Notes: generated by a model from the sequence alone, not told the origin. Shown: positions 9,347 to 17,448, counted from the stretch's first letter. The stretch: DNA of 26,710 nt from Verrucomicrobiota bacterium (GCA_018239705.1 JAFEGS010000001.1:1-26710); one strand, 5' to 3'. Made by a program: numbers and translations.

Positions 9347-9372
9347 TGTAAAACGGTAATTACAATTTTACA
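9347..9372. promoter_or_regulatory. 26-bp palindrome between divergent genes (putative operator)
   Basis: TGTAAAA-CG-GTAATTAC-AA-TTTTACA; 22 of 26 positions are symmetric. Confidence 0.4.
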
Positions 9373-9428
9373 CTATAAATTTTTTAAAGTCTATACTGAT
9401 AAATTGGTGTTAAATTAAATTATTATTT

Positions 9429-9450
9429 TGATATAATGAAGAAAGGAGGT
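9429..9450 (+). promoter_or_regulatory. Extended -10 promoter element and strong Shine-Dalgarno
   Basis: TG-A-TATAAT at 9429-9437; AAGGAGGT at 9443-9450, 7 nt before ATG 9458. Confidence 0.6.
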
Positions 9451-9457
9451 GAGAGCT

Positions 9458-9775
9458 ATGTCGATTGTCAATCCCCTTTCATCAAACCCTTTACCCCCTG
9501 TTGATCCGGGTCAGGTTGTGCAGGTGCACGGCCAGGCAGGAGGAAAGCTTAAAACTGACGTCCACTCACCCTCGACGCAGTCGCAAGTCGTGCAGCAGTC
9601 AGCTGCAGTACTTCGTCCTGATGGAATTCTCGAATTCGAGCAAATTTTACCCGAAAAGACTGAAACCGATAAACATAAAGACGAAAAAGATGAAGATTCT
9701 GAGCAAAGGAAACAGAAGCGTCCATCTCAGCGCGCCCAATGGCGCCGCGCTCGTGACCAAGGCCAAAGAATCTAG
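9458..9775 (+). CDS. Small hypothetical protein (105 aa; gene A), S/P/Q-rich N-terminus and acidic-then-basic C-terminus
   Basis: Strong SD and -10 upstream. The 3' half is conserved at protein level in the diverged copy at 11251-11450, with mostly third-position changes, which supports real coding. Confidence 0.8.
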   Translation: MSIVNPLSSNPLPPVDPGQVVQVHGQAGGKLKTDVHSPSTQSQVVQQSAAVLRPDGILEFEQILPEKTETDKHKDEKDEDSEQRKQKRPSQRAQWRRARDQGQRI

Positions 9776-9798
9776 CTCATTGACGTAAATTTTTCTAA
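9599..9798 (+). repeat. Direct repeat A (200 bp), pairs with 11251..11450
   Basis: Ungapped manual alignment, 25 mismatches in 200 bp (about 87%). Confidence 0.95.
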
Positions 9799-9865
9799 AA
9801 TCGTTCAATTTATCCCTGTGATTTTTCTAAAATCCTGGACTTTATCCCTGTGATTTTTCTAAAAT
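9789..9865 (+). repeat. 32-bp-period tandem repeat upstream of the AAA_14 ATPase
   Basis: ATTTTTCTAAAAT at 9789, 9821 and 9853; TTTATCCCTGTG precedes the second and third copies. Confidence 0.9.
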
Positions 9866-9884
9866 TGTGAAAAAAGGGGGGATA

Positions 9885-11195
9885 ATGCGTAGAGATCACT
9901 TGAACTTTCTAAGGCAATGGAGAAATGACCCGATTAGGGTTCCTTTGATGATTCGCGGGGCGAGGCAGGTGGGTAAATCATGGCTCGTTACAGCCTTTGG
10001 GGAAGAGTTTGAACATTTTATATCAATCAATTTTGAAAAGGATAAGAGAGTCCACGCTCTATTTCCAGACCACATCGATATACATAAAACGCTTGAAACC
10101 TTGCGTGCCTATACCAAGATCCCTACTATTTCAGGAAAGACACTTCTTTTCTTAGATGAAATCCAAGAGTGCCCCAATGCGATACGGTACTTACGCTACT
10201 TCAAAGAGGAGCTTCCTGAACTTCATGTGATCGCTGCAGGATCGCTTTTGGAGTTTACATTAGAGAAATTGGGTGTTGCTGTAGGTAGGATCGATTATCT
10301 GTTTCTCTATCCTCTCTCTTTTATGGAATTTTTGACTGCTCTCAATCGAGATGATCTTCGAGAGGCCATTACAAACAAGAACATAGATGCTGCATCACAT
10401 GAGGTGCTTTTAGAGCATCTTAAAAACTATATGTGGCTTGGAGGAATGCCAGCGGTTGTTAGTACCTGGATCCAACATCGCGACTTTATCCTTTGTCAGC
10501 GTATCCAGGATCGCATTATTGGCAATTATGAGGATGATTTCCAAAAGTATGCCAAAAAACATCAGATCGAAACGTTAGGCAAGGTGTTTCGCTCGATTGG
10601 AAAGCAATTGGGAAAAAAATTTCAGTATATCAATGTTGACAATGACATGAAAACCTATCCCATCAAGCAGGGGCTCCATTTATTAATCAGAGCAGGTGTC
10701 GCTCATCTCTGTTACCATACCTCAGGGCATGTCTATCCTTTAGAGGCTGAAAGTAATGAGAAAAAGTTTAAAGTCTATCTCTTTGATATAGGTATTTCAC
10801 ATCGTCTCTTAGGATTAGATTTAGCCGAATGGGTCACCTCTCCGCTGCACATAGACTATTTAGGTGAAAGTGCTGAACAGCTCGTAGCCCAAGAGCTCAT
10901 TGCTTACGGCAACCCTTCAAAACGTGGTGAAATTTACTATTGGCACGTTGAGTCGAAATCAGGCAATGCAGAAGTAGATTTTATTGATGTTAAGGAAAAT
11001 AAGATTGTGCCAATTGAAGTGAAATCTGGAGTCAAAGGTGGGATGAAAAGCCTAAATGTATTTTTTGAAACGCATCCCAAGGCGACCTATGGCGTGAAAA
11101 TTTCTGAAATGCCATTTTCCCGTCATGGTAATTTGGAAGAAATTCCCTTGTATGCAGTAGCCAGTTGGAAAAAAAACCAAAGCTCAGGTTATTAA
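9885..11195 (+). CDS. ATP-binding protein, AAA_14 plus DUF4143-like C-terminal domain
   Basis: Walker A GARQVGKS, Walker B LFLDEIQ, IAAGSLL, YMWLGGMPAVV and C-terminal EVDF...IVPIEVKSG (PD-(D/E)XK-like). ATG 9885 preferred over the track start at 9867. Confidence 0.9.
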   Translation: MRRDHLNFLRQWRNDPIRVPLMIRGARQVGKSWLVTAFGEEFEHFISINFEKDKRVHALFPDHIDIHKTLETLRAYTKIPTISGKTLLFLDEIQECPNAIRYLRYFKEELPELHVIAAGSLLEFTLEKLGVAVGRIDYLFLYPLSFMEFLTALNRDDLREAITNKNIDAASHEVLLEHLKNYMWLGGMPAVVSTWIQHRDFILCQRIQDRIIGNYEDDFQKYAKKHQIETLGKVFRSIGKQLGKKFQYINVDNDMKTYPIKQGLHLLIRAGVAHLCYHTSGHVYPLEAESNEKKFKVYLFDIGISHRLLGLDLAEWVTSPLHIDYLGESAEQLVAQELIAYGNPSKRGEIYYWHVESKSGNAEVDFIDVKENKIVPIEVKSGVKGGMKSLNVFFETHPKATYGVKISEMPFSRHGNLEEIPLYAVASWKKNQSSGY

Positions 11196-11254
11196 GAAGC
11201 GCTCTATTGCCTTGAAGCAAGCATCAGGCTGTTCCACAAAAGGAAAATGGTCAG
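11184..11254 (-). pseudogene. Orphan 3' fragment (B') of an alpha/beta-hydrolase allele; repeat of 12018..12079
   Basis: Translates to HFPFVEQPDACFKAIERFLIT*, versus HFPFVEQPDACFKAIEGFLRIL* in 12006..12860; 58/62 nt identical over 11193-11254. Confidence 0.9.
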
Positions 11255-11450
11255 CTGCTCCACTTCGCCTTGATGGAATTCTCGAATTTGAGCAAATTCT
11301 CCCAGAAAAGACTGAGCCTGAAAAACACGACGAAGAAAAAGACGAAGATTCTGAGCAAAAGAAACAAAAGCGTCCATCGCAGCGCGCCCAATGGCGCCGC
11401 GCTCGCGACCAAGGTCAAAGAATATAGCTCATTGACGCAAATTTTTCTAA
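11251..11450 (+). pseudogene. 5'-truncated copy (A') of the 105-aa gene A
   Basis: Encodes SAAPLRLDGILEFEQILPEKTE...RAQWRRARDQGQRI*; lacks the N-terminal half, promoter and SD. Confidence 0.9.
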
Positions 11451-11483
11451 TTTGGTAGACTGGCCTGTATCAAGGGCTAAGAT

Positions 11484-11777
11484 ATGATATTTCCCCAGAC
11501 GCTTATTTTTCGTGTCCACGCGATCAAACGAATGCTCGAAAGGGATATAGCGGTTGAGGACGTAAAACAAGTATTGCTTGATCCCAAAATACTAAAAGAA
11601 TATGTTGACGACAGGCCCTACCCAAGCTATTTGGTACTGGGTTGGAAGGATCGCCGTCCTATCCACCTAGTTGTTGCTCTAAATAACGAAGCGAATGAGA
11701 CTATAATTGTTACGGCATACGAACCTTCTATCGTAGAATGGAATGAAGGTTTTAACACAAGAAAGGCAAAAGAATGA
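11484..11777 (+). CDS. DUF4258-like putative toxin of a type II TA pair
   Basis: IFRVHAIKRMLERDI...EY.DDRPYPSYLVLG...IHLVVA...IVTAYEP pattern; ATGA overlap with the next gene. Confidence 0.85.
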   Translation: MIFPQTLIFRVHAIKRMLERDIAVEDVKQVLLDPKILKEYVDDRPYPSYLVLGWKDRRPIHLVVALNNEANETIIVTAYEPSIVEWNEGFNTRKAKE

Positions 11778-12001
11778 AATGTGTTATTTGTAAAGATGGC
11801 AATACTGAAAAAGGCTTCACAAGTGTTACGCTAGAGCGTAATGGCATGTTATTTGTGGTAAAACAGGTGCCTGCCCACATCTGCACAAATTGTGGAGAGG
11901 CCTATATTGATGAAAAAATCACTTCAGCGATCCTAGAAATGGCTCAGAGAGCCTTTTTTGGTGGAGTCCAACTTGAAATTTGCTCATATAAAGCTGCATA
12001 A
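11774..12001 (+). CDS. YgiT-type (MqsA N-domain-like) zinc-finger protein, putative antitoxin
   Basis: MKCVICKDG...VKQVPAHICTNCGEAY (two CxxC motifs); 75 aa, no HTH. Confidence 0.88.
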   Translation: MKCVICKDGNTEKGFTSVTLERNGMLFVVKQVPAHICTNCGEAYIDEKITSAILEMAQRAFFGGVQLEICSYKAA

Positions 12002-12005
12002 CTCG

Positions 12006-12860
12006 CTAGAGAATGCGTAAGAAGCCCTCTATTGCCTTGAAGCAAGCATCGGGCTGCTCCACAAAAGGAAAATGGCCAGACTGCTCTATTTTGACAAGAG
12101 TGGAGGAGGGTATCACCGTATGGAGATATTCAACAGAGGCAAGGGGAATGGGGTCTACATCTCCATGGATGATCATCGTAGGACATCGTAAAGCCCGTAG
12201 GCTGTCCGTTACATCATAGGGATTCATAAAAATGGCTTCTTTAAAAATATCCCATACCTTAAAGCCTCTCAGAGCCTCCTGTTGAGACTTCCAAAGATTG
12301 AGCTTATGGACGTTGTCAGGGCTGTGCATGTAGATCTGGTAGACAATGGTAAGCCATTTTTTCACAAGCTCTGGATCGCCCGCTCGATAGAGCTCAGAGG
12401 CTTCGATTTTTTGCAGCTCTTCTTGATAAGGGGTAAGTCTTTTTGCAAGCTCGGAAAAAAAGAGGGGCAAATCATCAGATTTTCCCGGCATAGGTGAGAG
12501 TAAGACCAGCTTGTCAACCGCTTCAGGATAGACACAGGCATAGTGGAAGGCTAAAAAGGCGCCCCAAGAATGGCCAAGCAAAGAAATTTTTTCTAGCCCA
12601 AGAGATGTGCGGATCGCTTCGATATCCTGAAGATAGGTTGAGAGAGTAATCTCTTCAGGGGTGATCTCTCCGGTCGATTTGCCAAGAGCTCTTTGGTCGT
12701 AGAATATGAGCTGGTTATTTTGAGCTAGGCGCTCCATGTGTGGAAGTAAGTACTCATGGGTGATAAAACCGGCTCCTCCATGTACCACAATAAGAGGATC
12801 GCCCTTGCCCATAATGCTACAAAAAAGATCGGCTCCTTTTGCCTTTACAAATGTGTGCAT
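12006..12860 (-). CDS. Alpha/beta hydrolase (proline iminopeptidase-like; gene B)
   Basis: HGGAG oxyanion motif, YDQRALGKS, GHSWG nucleophile, HGDVD acid and SGHFP His. Confidence 0.9.
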   Translation of the reverse strand: MHTFVKAKGADLFCSIMGKGDPLIVVHGGAGFITHEYLLPHMERLAQNNQLIFYDQRALGKSTGEITPEEITLSTYLQDIEAIRTSLGLEKISLLGHSWGAFLAFHYACVYPEAVDKLVLLSPMPGKSDDLPLFFSELAKRLTPYQEELQKIEASELYRAGDPELVKKWLTIVYQIYMHSPDNVHKLNLWKSQQEALRGFKVWDIFKEAIFMNPYDVTDSLRALRCPTMIIHGDVDPIPLASVEYLHTVIPSSTLVKIEQSGHFPFVEQPDACFKAIEGFLRIL

Positions 12861-12875
12861 GGGTAGAAGCTCCCT

Positions 12876-14273
12876 TTAGAATTTTCGGAAGGTGCGCTGG
12901 AAGCCAGATTGTATGACGACGGTAAGGGTGGGAGTGCCCTTTTCTTCTCCGAAGATAATGCTACGGCCCGTTTCGAGGTTGAAGAATCGATTTTCAGATT
13001 CCGGATGGAGCTTGAGCGGCTGCGTTTTCCCGATCGCTACAAGCAGGTCGCTGCCATCGAGATAGACCTGTATGTCATAGATGTCGTTTGGCTCATGTTC
13101 TGTGCCATATCTTCCTGCGTGTCGCGAAAGTGCTGAAACGGCTACTGAGGCTACTTTTTTGGTCTCTACTTTGTAGGTGGGCCAGTTGTAGACATGCGAG
13201 ATGCTGCGAAAGATTTGATCGAGCAGTATAGAGCCATTATCAGCATTGAGCATCACTACAGCACCTTTTTTGAGGTGTGGAAAATAGACGTATCCCGAGG
13301 CAAATCCATCCGTTCTTCCCTTATGGCTTATCTCTACATCGTCTGTTCCTTCGTTGTTCACAACAGGTCCTAACCCATATGGCGGGATGGCTGGCTTCAT
13401 CATGGCAGCAACCATCTTCTTGTCGAGCACCTCTTCAATGCGTAGCAAGAGTGTAGCTAAATCAGAGGGGGTTGTCCAGAGCCCAGCTGCAGCGCTCTCT
13501 GGGTAGGTCTTCCATCTGCCGGCCATCGGTTTTCCATCTCCGGGATGGGCTACTGCTGCAGTTTCGACATATTCTTTTGGCAGTGGGTAGCAAAAGGTAC
13601 TTCTCGTAAGTGCAAGCTTTTTAAAAACTACTTCGTCCATAAAGTGATGAAACGGCTTTCCTGTTACCTCTTCTACAAGCAGCTGCATGACGCAGTAGCC
13701 ACCGCCGGAGTAGGCAAATTTGGAGCCGGGAGTAAACTGTACGAGCACAGGAGGGTTATTTGCCGGCTGCTCTCCATTGAGGATTTGCTGCAAGGTAGGA
13801 AGTGGCGCCTGTTCTTTGTAGCCGTCAAATCCTATGACGTTGTAGCCGGAAGTATGGCTGAGAAGATGGCGAAGAGTAACGTCATTATTTTGCGGTTTCC
13901 ACGATACGAGCTTTTCATCTACCGGTTGGTCGAGATCGAGTAGACCCTTTTGTACAAGCGCAAGAACGCCAATAGCTGCAACCGGCTTACTTACCGATCC
14001 TGCTTGAAAAAGTGACGAGGTCTCTGCTTTTCCCTCACCGTGGGCCTGTAGTGTACCGTAGCTTCTTGCCCACTCGATGGTTCCATTATTGATAACTGCA
14101 ATGCTCACAGCGGGAACGCTGTGCTGCTTCATCGCATCATATATATTCTTTTTTGCAATCGGAGTCCCTTCGATAGCAAGGGCCTCCATAAGGCTATTTT
14201 CAACGTGGTCGATTTGCATAGGGCTGCTCTCGCAAGTAAAGGTAGCTGCAAGAAAGATGAGTAGGTACTTCAC
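12876..14273 (-). CDS. Serine hydrolase, beta-lactamase class C/AmpC-like family, probably exported
   Basis: FQAGSVSK (SxxK), LLSHTSG, FAYSGGGY and HKGRTDG; short hydrophobic N-terminus; GTG start overlaps the YitT stop. Confidence 0.9.
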   Translation of the reverse strand: MKYLLIFLAATFTCESSPMQIDHVENSLMEALAIEGTPIAKKNIYDAMKQHSVPAVSIAVINNGTIEWARSYGTLQAHGEGKAETSSLFQAGSVSKPVAAIGVLALVQKGLLDLDQPVDEKLVSWKPQNNDVTLRHLLSHTSGYNVIGFDGYKEQAPLPTLQQILNGEQPANNPPVLVQFTPGSKFAYSGGGYCVMQLLVEEVTGKPFHHFMDEVVFKKLALTRSTFCYPLPKEYVETAAVAHPGDGKPMAGRWKTYPESAAAGLWTTPSDLATLLLRIEEVLDKKMVAAMMKPAIPPYGLGPVVNNEGTDDVEISHKGRTDGFASGYVYFPHLKKGAVVMLNADNGSILLDQIFRSISHVYNWPTYKVETKKVASVAVSALSRHAGRYGTEHEPNDIYDIQVYLDGSDLLVAIGKTQPLKLHPESENRFFNLETGRSIIFGEEKGTPTLTVVIQSGFQRTFRKF

Positions 14274-15202
14274 TATTTTTGTCCCAGCGCTTTGGTGGCG
14301 ATGGCGGTGATGGGTTTCTTTTTGCGAAAAACCTTGTTCTGCTGTATCCCTGAGGAGACTTCGTGCAGGTTTTCGATAGCGATAAAGGCATTTGGGTCGA
14401 TGTTGTAGATGAGCGATTTGAGGTCGGTCAGCTGCAGACGTTCAATGATGATGTAGAGGATCTCGGTTGAAGCGCCCGAAAATCCGCCCCTTCCATACAT
14501 GATTGTCAGGCCCAGGCCCAGCTCGTGCATGATGGACTGAGAGATCTCATTCGATTTTGGAGATATCACGAGCACCGATTTTGTCTCATCGAGCCCTACG
14601 ATTACCATATCCATGATTTTAGCGACGACGATAAAGGCAATCAGAGAGAGGATCGGCGGATGCCAGTCTTGAAAGACGATGCCGGCTGTCCCAAAAACCA
14701 GGATGTTGCAGCTAAAGACTGTCTGGCCAACGGTAAATCCCATCTTTTTGTTGATGATGATGCCAAGGATTTCGGTGCCATCAAGGCATGCCCCGCCTCG
14801 GATGATCATACCCACTCCCACTCCGAGAATAGCGCCGCCAATCACCACAACTTCAAGGTTTTCTCCAACGAAGGGATGGGCGAAGATTTTTGGCATGAGG
14901 AAGAGAAAAAAGGCAAAGGAGAGTAGGGCGAGAAGGAGCTGAACAACAAAAAGTTTTCCAATAAAGCGGTAGGCGAGGTAGACAAAGGGGAGGTTGAAGA
15001 GAAGCAAAAAGAGCGGAAGCGTATCGCTACCAAACATACGCGCTGCGATCATCGCAAGGCCTACTGTGCCGCCGTCGATCAGGTTATTTGGGAGGAAGAA
15101 GATTTTAATCGCAAAAGCAGCAATGAAGGCACCCAAAAAGGTGAGGGCATAAGGAATGATTTGGGATTTTATGCCTTTGGATTGCTCGCTTGCAGTTTTC
15201 AT
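14273..15202 (-). CDS. YitT family membrane protein
   Basis: LIDGGTVGLAM, GGACLDGTEILGI and GLGLTIMYGRGGFSG. Start moved to ATG 15202 because the track extension overlaps tRNA-Asp. Confidence 0.92.
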   Translation of the reverse strand: MKTASEQSKGIKSQIIPYALTFLGAFIAAFAIKIFFLPNNLIDGGTVGLAMIAARMFGSDTLPLFLLLFNLPFVYLAYRFIGKLFVVQLLLALLSFAFFLFLMPKIFAHPFVGENLEVVVIGGAILGVGVGMIIRGGACLDGTEILGIIINKKMGFTVGQTVFSCNILVFGTAGIVFQDWHPPILSLIAFIVVAKIMDMVIVGLDETKSVLVISPKSNEISQSIMHELGLGLTIMYGRGGFSGASTEILYIIIERLQLTDLKSLIYNIDPNAFIAIENLHEVSSGIQQNKVFRKKKPITAIATKALGQK

Positions 15203-15229
15203 AAGTTGCGTATCCGCAGTGAAAAGATA

Positions 15230-15303
15230 CGCGGGAGACGGGGCTCGAACCCGCAACTTCCGCCGTGACAGGGCGGTGCTCTAACCAATTGAACTACTCC
15301 CGC
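15230..15303 (-). tRNA. tRNA-Asp (GTC)
   Basis: Acceptor GCGGGAG/CTCCCGC, anticodon arm CCGCC-CTGTCAC-GGCGG, T-loop TTCGAGC; CCA not encoded. Confidence 0.97.
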
Positions 15304-15305
15304 AA

Positions 15306-15378
15306 TGGGCGCAACAGGGCTCGAACCTATGACCGCCTGTGTGTAAGACAGGTGCTCTACCAACTGAGCTATACGCCC
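15306..15378 (-). tRNA. tRNA-Val (TAC)
   Basis: Acceptor GGGCGTA/TGCGCCC, anticodon arm CCTGT-CTTACAC-ACAGG, GGTTCGAG T-arm. Confidence 0.97.
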
Positions 15379-15503
15379 TCGTAAAATACGAAGTGCCATA
15401 AGCTTACTCAAGTCAGCGATTTTTCCACAAGAGAAAAAGGCAAATGGCCATAAAATCTCGCAGCATGCTACACTGCGACTTTTATTATTAAGGACTTAAA
15501 TAA

Positions 15504-15914
15504 ATGATCTCTTTAGCATTGCATCTGGTTGTTTGTATCGCACTCTGTGTGGGCTGTAGCACAAAATCGCCTCTCTATTTTCAGACAAAGGGAAGGGTAG
15601 TCACGAGCCAGCTGCTCGAGCATTTGGAGGATGTGCACGATCTGGATGACCTCATCGAGATTTTGCCGAGGCTACAGATGCTCTTTGATCAGCTTGTAGA
15701 CGTGATGATCGAGGCCAGGAAGTGGCAGGTAAAAGAGGGCGTAGAGTGGGGTCCAAGCGAAGAAGATGCTGCCTTAAGCGCGAGGCTATGCAGCGAATTA
15801 AACCGCATTTTTGCCATTCCTGCTGCGCGGGACCTCATTGAAAAAAGCCAGCATCGCGCCCTTGAGCGATTAGACGCTTTTGAAACAAAAGTAAACAAAA
15901 ACGCTCGAAATTAA
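15504..15914 (+). CDS. Hypothetical protein, probable lipoprotein
   Basis: Hydrophobic N-terminus ending in a lipobox-like LCVGC; helical remainder. Confidence 0.75.
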   Translation: MISLALHLVVCIALCVGCSTKSPLYFQTKGRVVTSQLLEHLEDVHDLDDLIEILPRLQMLFDQLVDVMIEARKWQVKEGVEWGPSEEDAALSARLCSELNRIFAIPAARDLIEKSQHRALERLDAFETKVNKNARN

Positions 15915-15991
15915 AAATATTACTTTATATAAATTCAATTGGAGATTATTATGAAGATATAAAAGGGCAGACTTTTTATCTGGAGGTCTGG

Positions 15992-17149
15992 ATGTCATCA
16001 CAGCAACAAGGAGGGGATCAAAAGAGCCATAGCGAGCATCACCTAAATGTGAAACGCATCGAAAAGATATCAAAAAAGAAGGGAGTGTTCTTCTCTCATG
16101 TTAGTAATTTTTTCACTTGGCTTGGAGAATTGATAACTGAAGAGGCAAAAAGTGAAGCCCAGCAGGCCGATCCTCCTATCACTCTAAAAAAATCTCACGT
16201 TATTGCTTTGACGCAGCATCACCCAGAAGAGGTGAAGAAGAGAGCGCAATCGATTTGTGAAAAGCTCAATGAATTCAAAAAGCAGCTGACCGTAAAATTT
16301 GAGGGGAATACAGGTAGTTTCGTAGGTAAATCGGTCGACACCATGATTTCCAAGGCCAGAAATATCGTGGAAAATCTGCACACACGTGATGTTGAATCGG
16401 GAGAGTTTCGCGATTTCCTCGCACAGGCGGTCGTTGAGGTTGACCTCTATTCGCAGCTCAACACCGAGTCAAAAATAAAGAAAAAAATCATCCAAGAAGC
16501 AATGGATTTTATTAAACAGTCCATCGAAAAAGATATTGCTGTTCTTACAAATTATAAATTACACTCCGTTACAGATCTCCAAATTTCTTCGGAAGAAAAA
16601 ACAGTTCATTGTTCTAAATTAGATCAATTTTTAGCTCCTGTTATTAGTGAGTTAAAAGGGATTTGCGAATATCAATTTCATTCTACAGACTTAGAGGCCT
16701 TTTTTAACTGGAAGGTAAATGTTGACGAGAGACGAGGAGCTCTTGTTGAGCTGGGGCTTCTTACGATCGATGCCTTGACTAGTCCCTTTAGAGTGCAGGA
16801 AGTGGTCGTTATAGATCTGGAGAGCGGTATATCGGAGCTCTTAGAAGCAGAGGCTGCAGCAATGGAGACGCAAGTAGAGGACTATTCGCTGTCGCTCAGT
16901 GTTTTAGCGAGCCTCGAGGACAGAGTTACCACCTGTTTTGAGCTGCTTCAGCAGATCTCTTCAGAGGATATGGAGTCCTTAAAGCTACTGCAGCAGCTAT
17001 TTTCAGATCTCAAGGTAGAGAGTGCCGGCCTTGCCGATTTTGAGGCCGAAAGCCCAAGCATCCAGAAGGGCTTTCAATCGCTTCAAGAGTCCATCCAGAA
17101 GGCAGATGACCTGCTTCAAGCTAAAATGAATCCAAATTCCTTCCTCTAG
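15992..17149 (+). CDS. Hypothetical helical/coiled-coil protein
   Basis: 385-aa ORF; GGAGG SD upstream; polar low-complexity N-terminus (MSSQQQGGDQKSHSEHH). Confidence 0.8.
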   Translation: MSSQQQGGDQKSHSEHHLNVKRIEKISKKKGVFFSHVSNFFTWLGELITEEAKSEAQQADPPITLKKSHVIALTQHHPEEVKKRAQSICEKLNEFKKQLTVKFEGNTGSFVGKSVDTMISKARNIVENLHTRDVESGEFRDFLAQAVVEVDLYSQLNTESKIKKKIIQEAMDFIKQSIEKDIAVLTNYKLHSVTDLQISSEEKTVHCSKLDQFLAPVISELKGICEYQFHSTDLEAFFNWKVNVDERRGALVELGLLTIDALTSPFRVQEVVVIDLESGISELLEAEAAAMETQVEDYSLSLSVLASLEDRVTTCFELLQQISSEDMESLKLLQQLFSDLKVESAGLADFEAESPSIQKGFQSLQESIQKADDLLQAKMNPNSFL

Positions 17150-17163
17150 AAATTAATCCTAGC

Positions 17164-17448
17164 ATGCGCTGCACGTTTGTATGCAACATAGTCATCAAAG
17201 TCGAGAGTGTGGTGCATGTCTATCAAGGCAAAACACGAGGGACCATTGTTTCACCCAGGGGAGACTGTTTTGGTTTTGGCAAGTACTTTTTGCTTGATGG
17301 GACAGACAAGACGCTCGGTGAATACATGGATCCAGAGTATAACGCTCGATCGCTTGCTATTCGAAATTTCAAAGAAAAGAAGCCATTTACCACACTGCCT
17401 ATGTTAGCAGTGTGGAATGGTGCGTTTCAGCGGAAGGATTTTGTTTAA
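17164..17448 (+). CDS. Doubtful short ORF or decayed gene remnant
   Basis: 94-aa ORF filling the gap; no SD and no recognisable motif. Confidence 0.25.
   Translation: MRCTFVCNIVIKVESVVHVYQGKTRGTIVSPRGDCFGFGKYFLLDGTDKTLGEYMDPEYNARSLAIRNFKEKKPFTTLPMLAVWNGAFQRKDFV

Noticed and set aside
9789-9865. Possible mini-CRISPR array
   Set aside because: The variable part is only 7 nt, there are 2.4 units, and no cas genes are present.
11212-11427. 71-aa ORF from the track as a real gene
   Set aside because: It is a chimera of the antisense of stub B' and the in-frame A' remnant, with no SD.
11456-11483. TAGACT-16 nt-TAAGAT as the TA promoter
   Set aside because: The -10 abuts the ATG at 11484, leaving no room for a transcription start upstream of the codon.
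15203-15411. YitT N-terminal extension to 15256 and ORF 15199..15411
   Set aside because: Both overlap tRNA-Asp/Val; they are translations of tRNA sequence.
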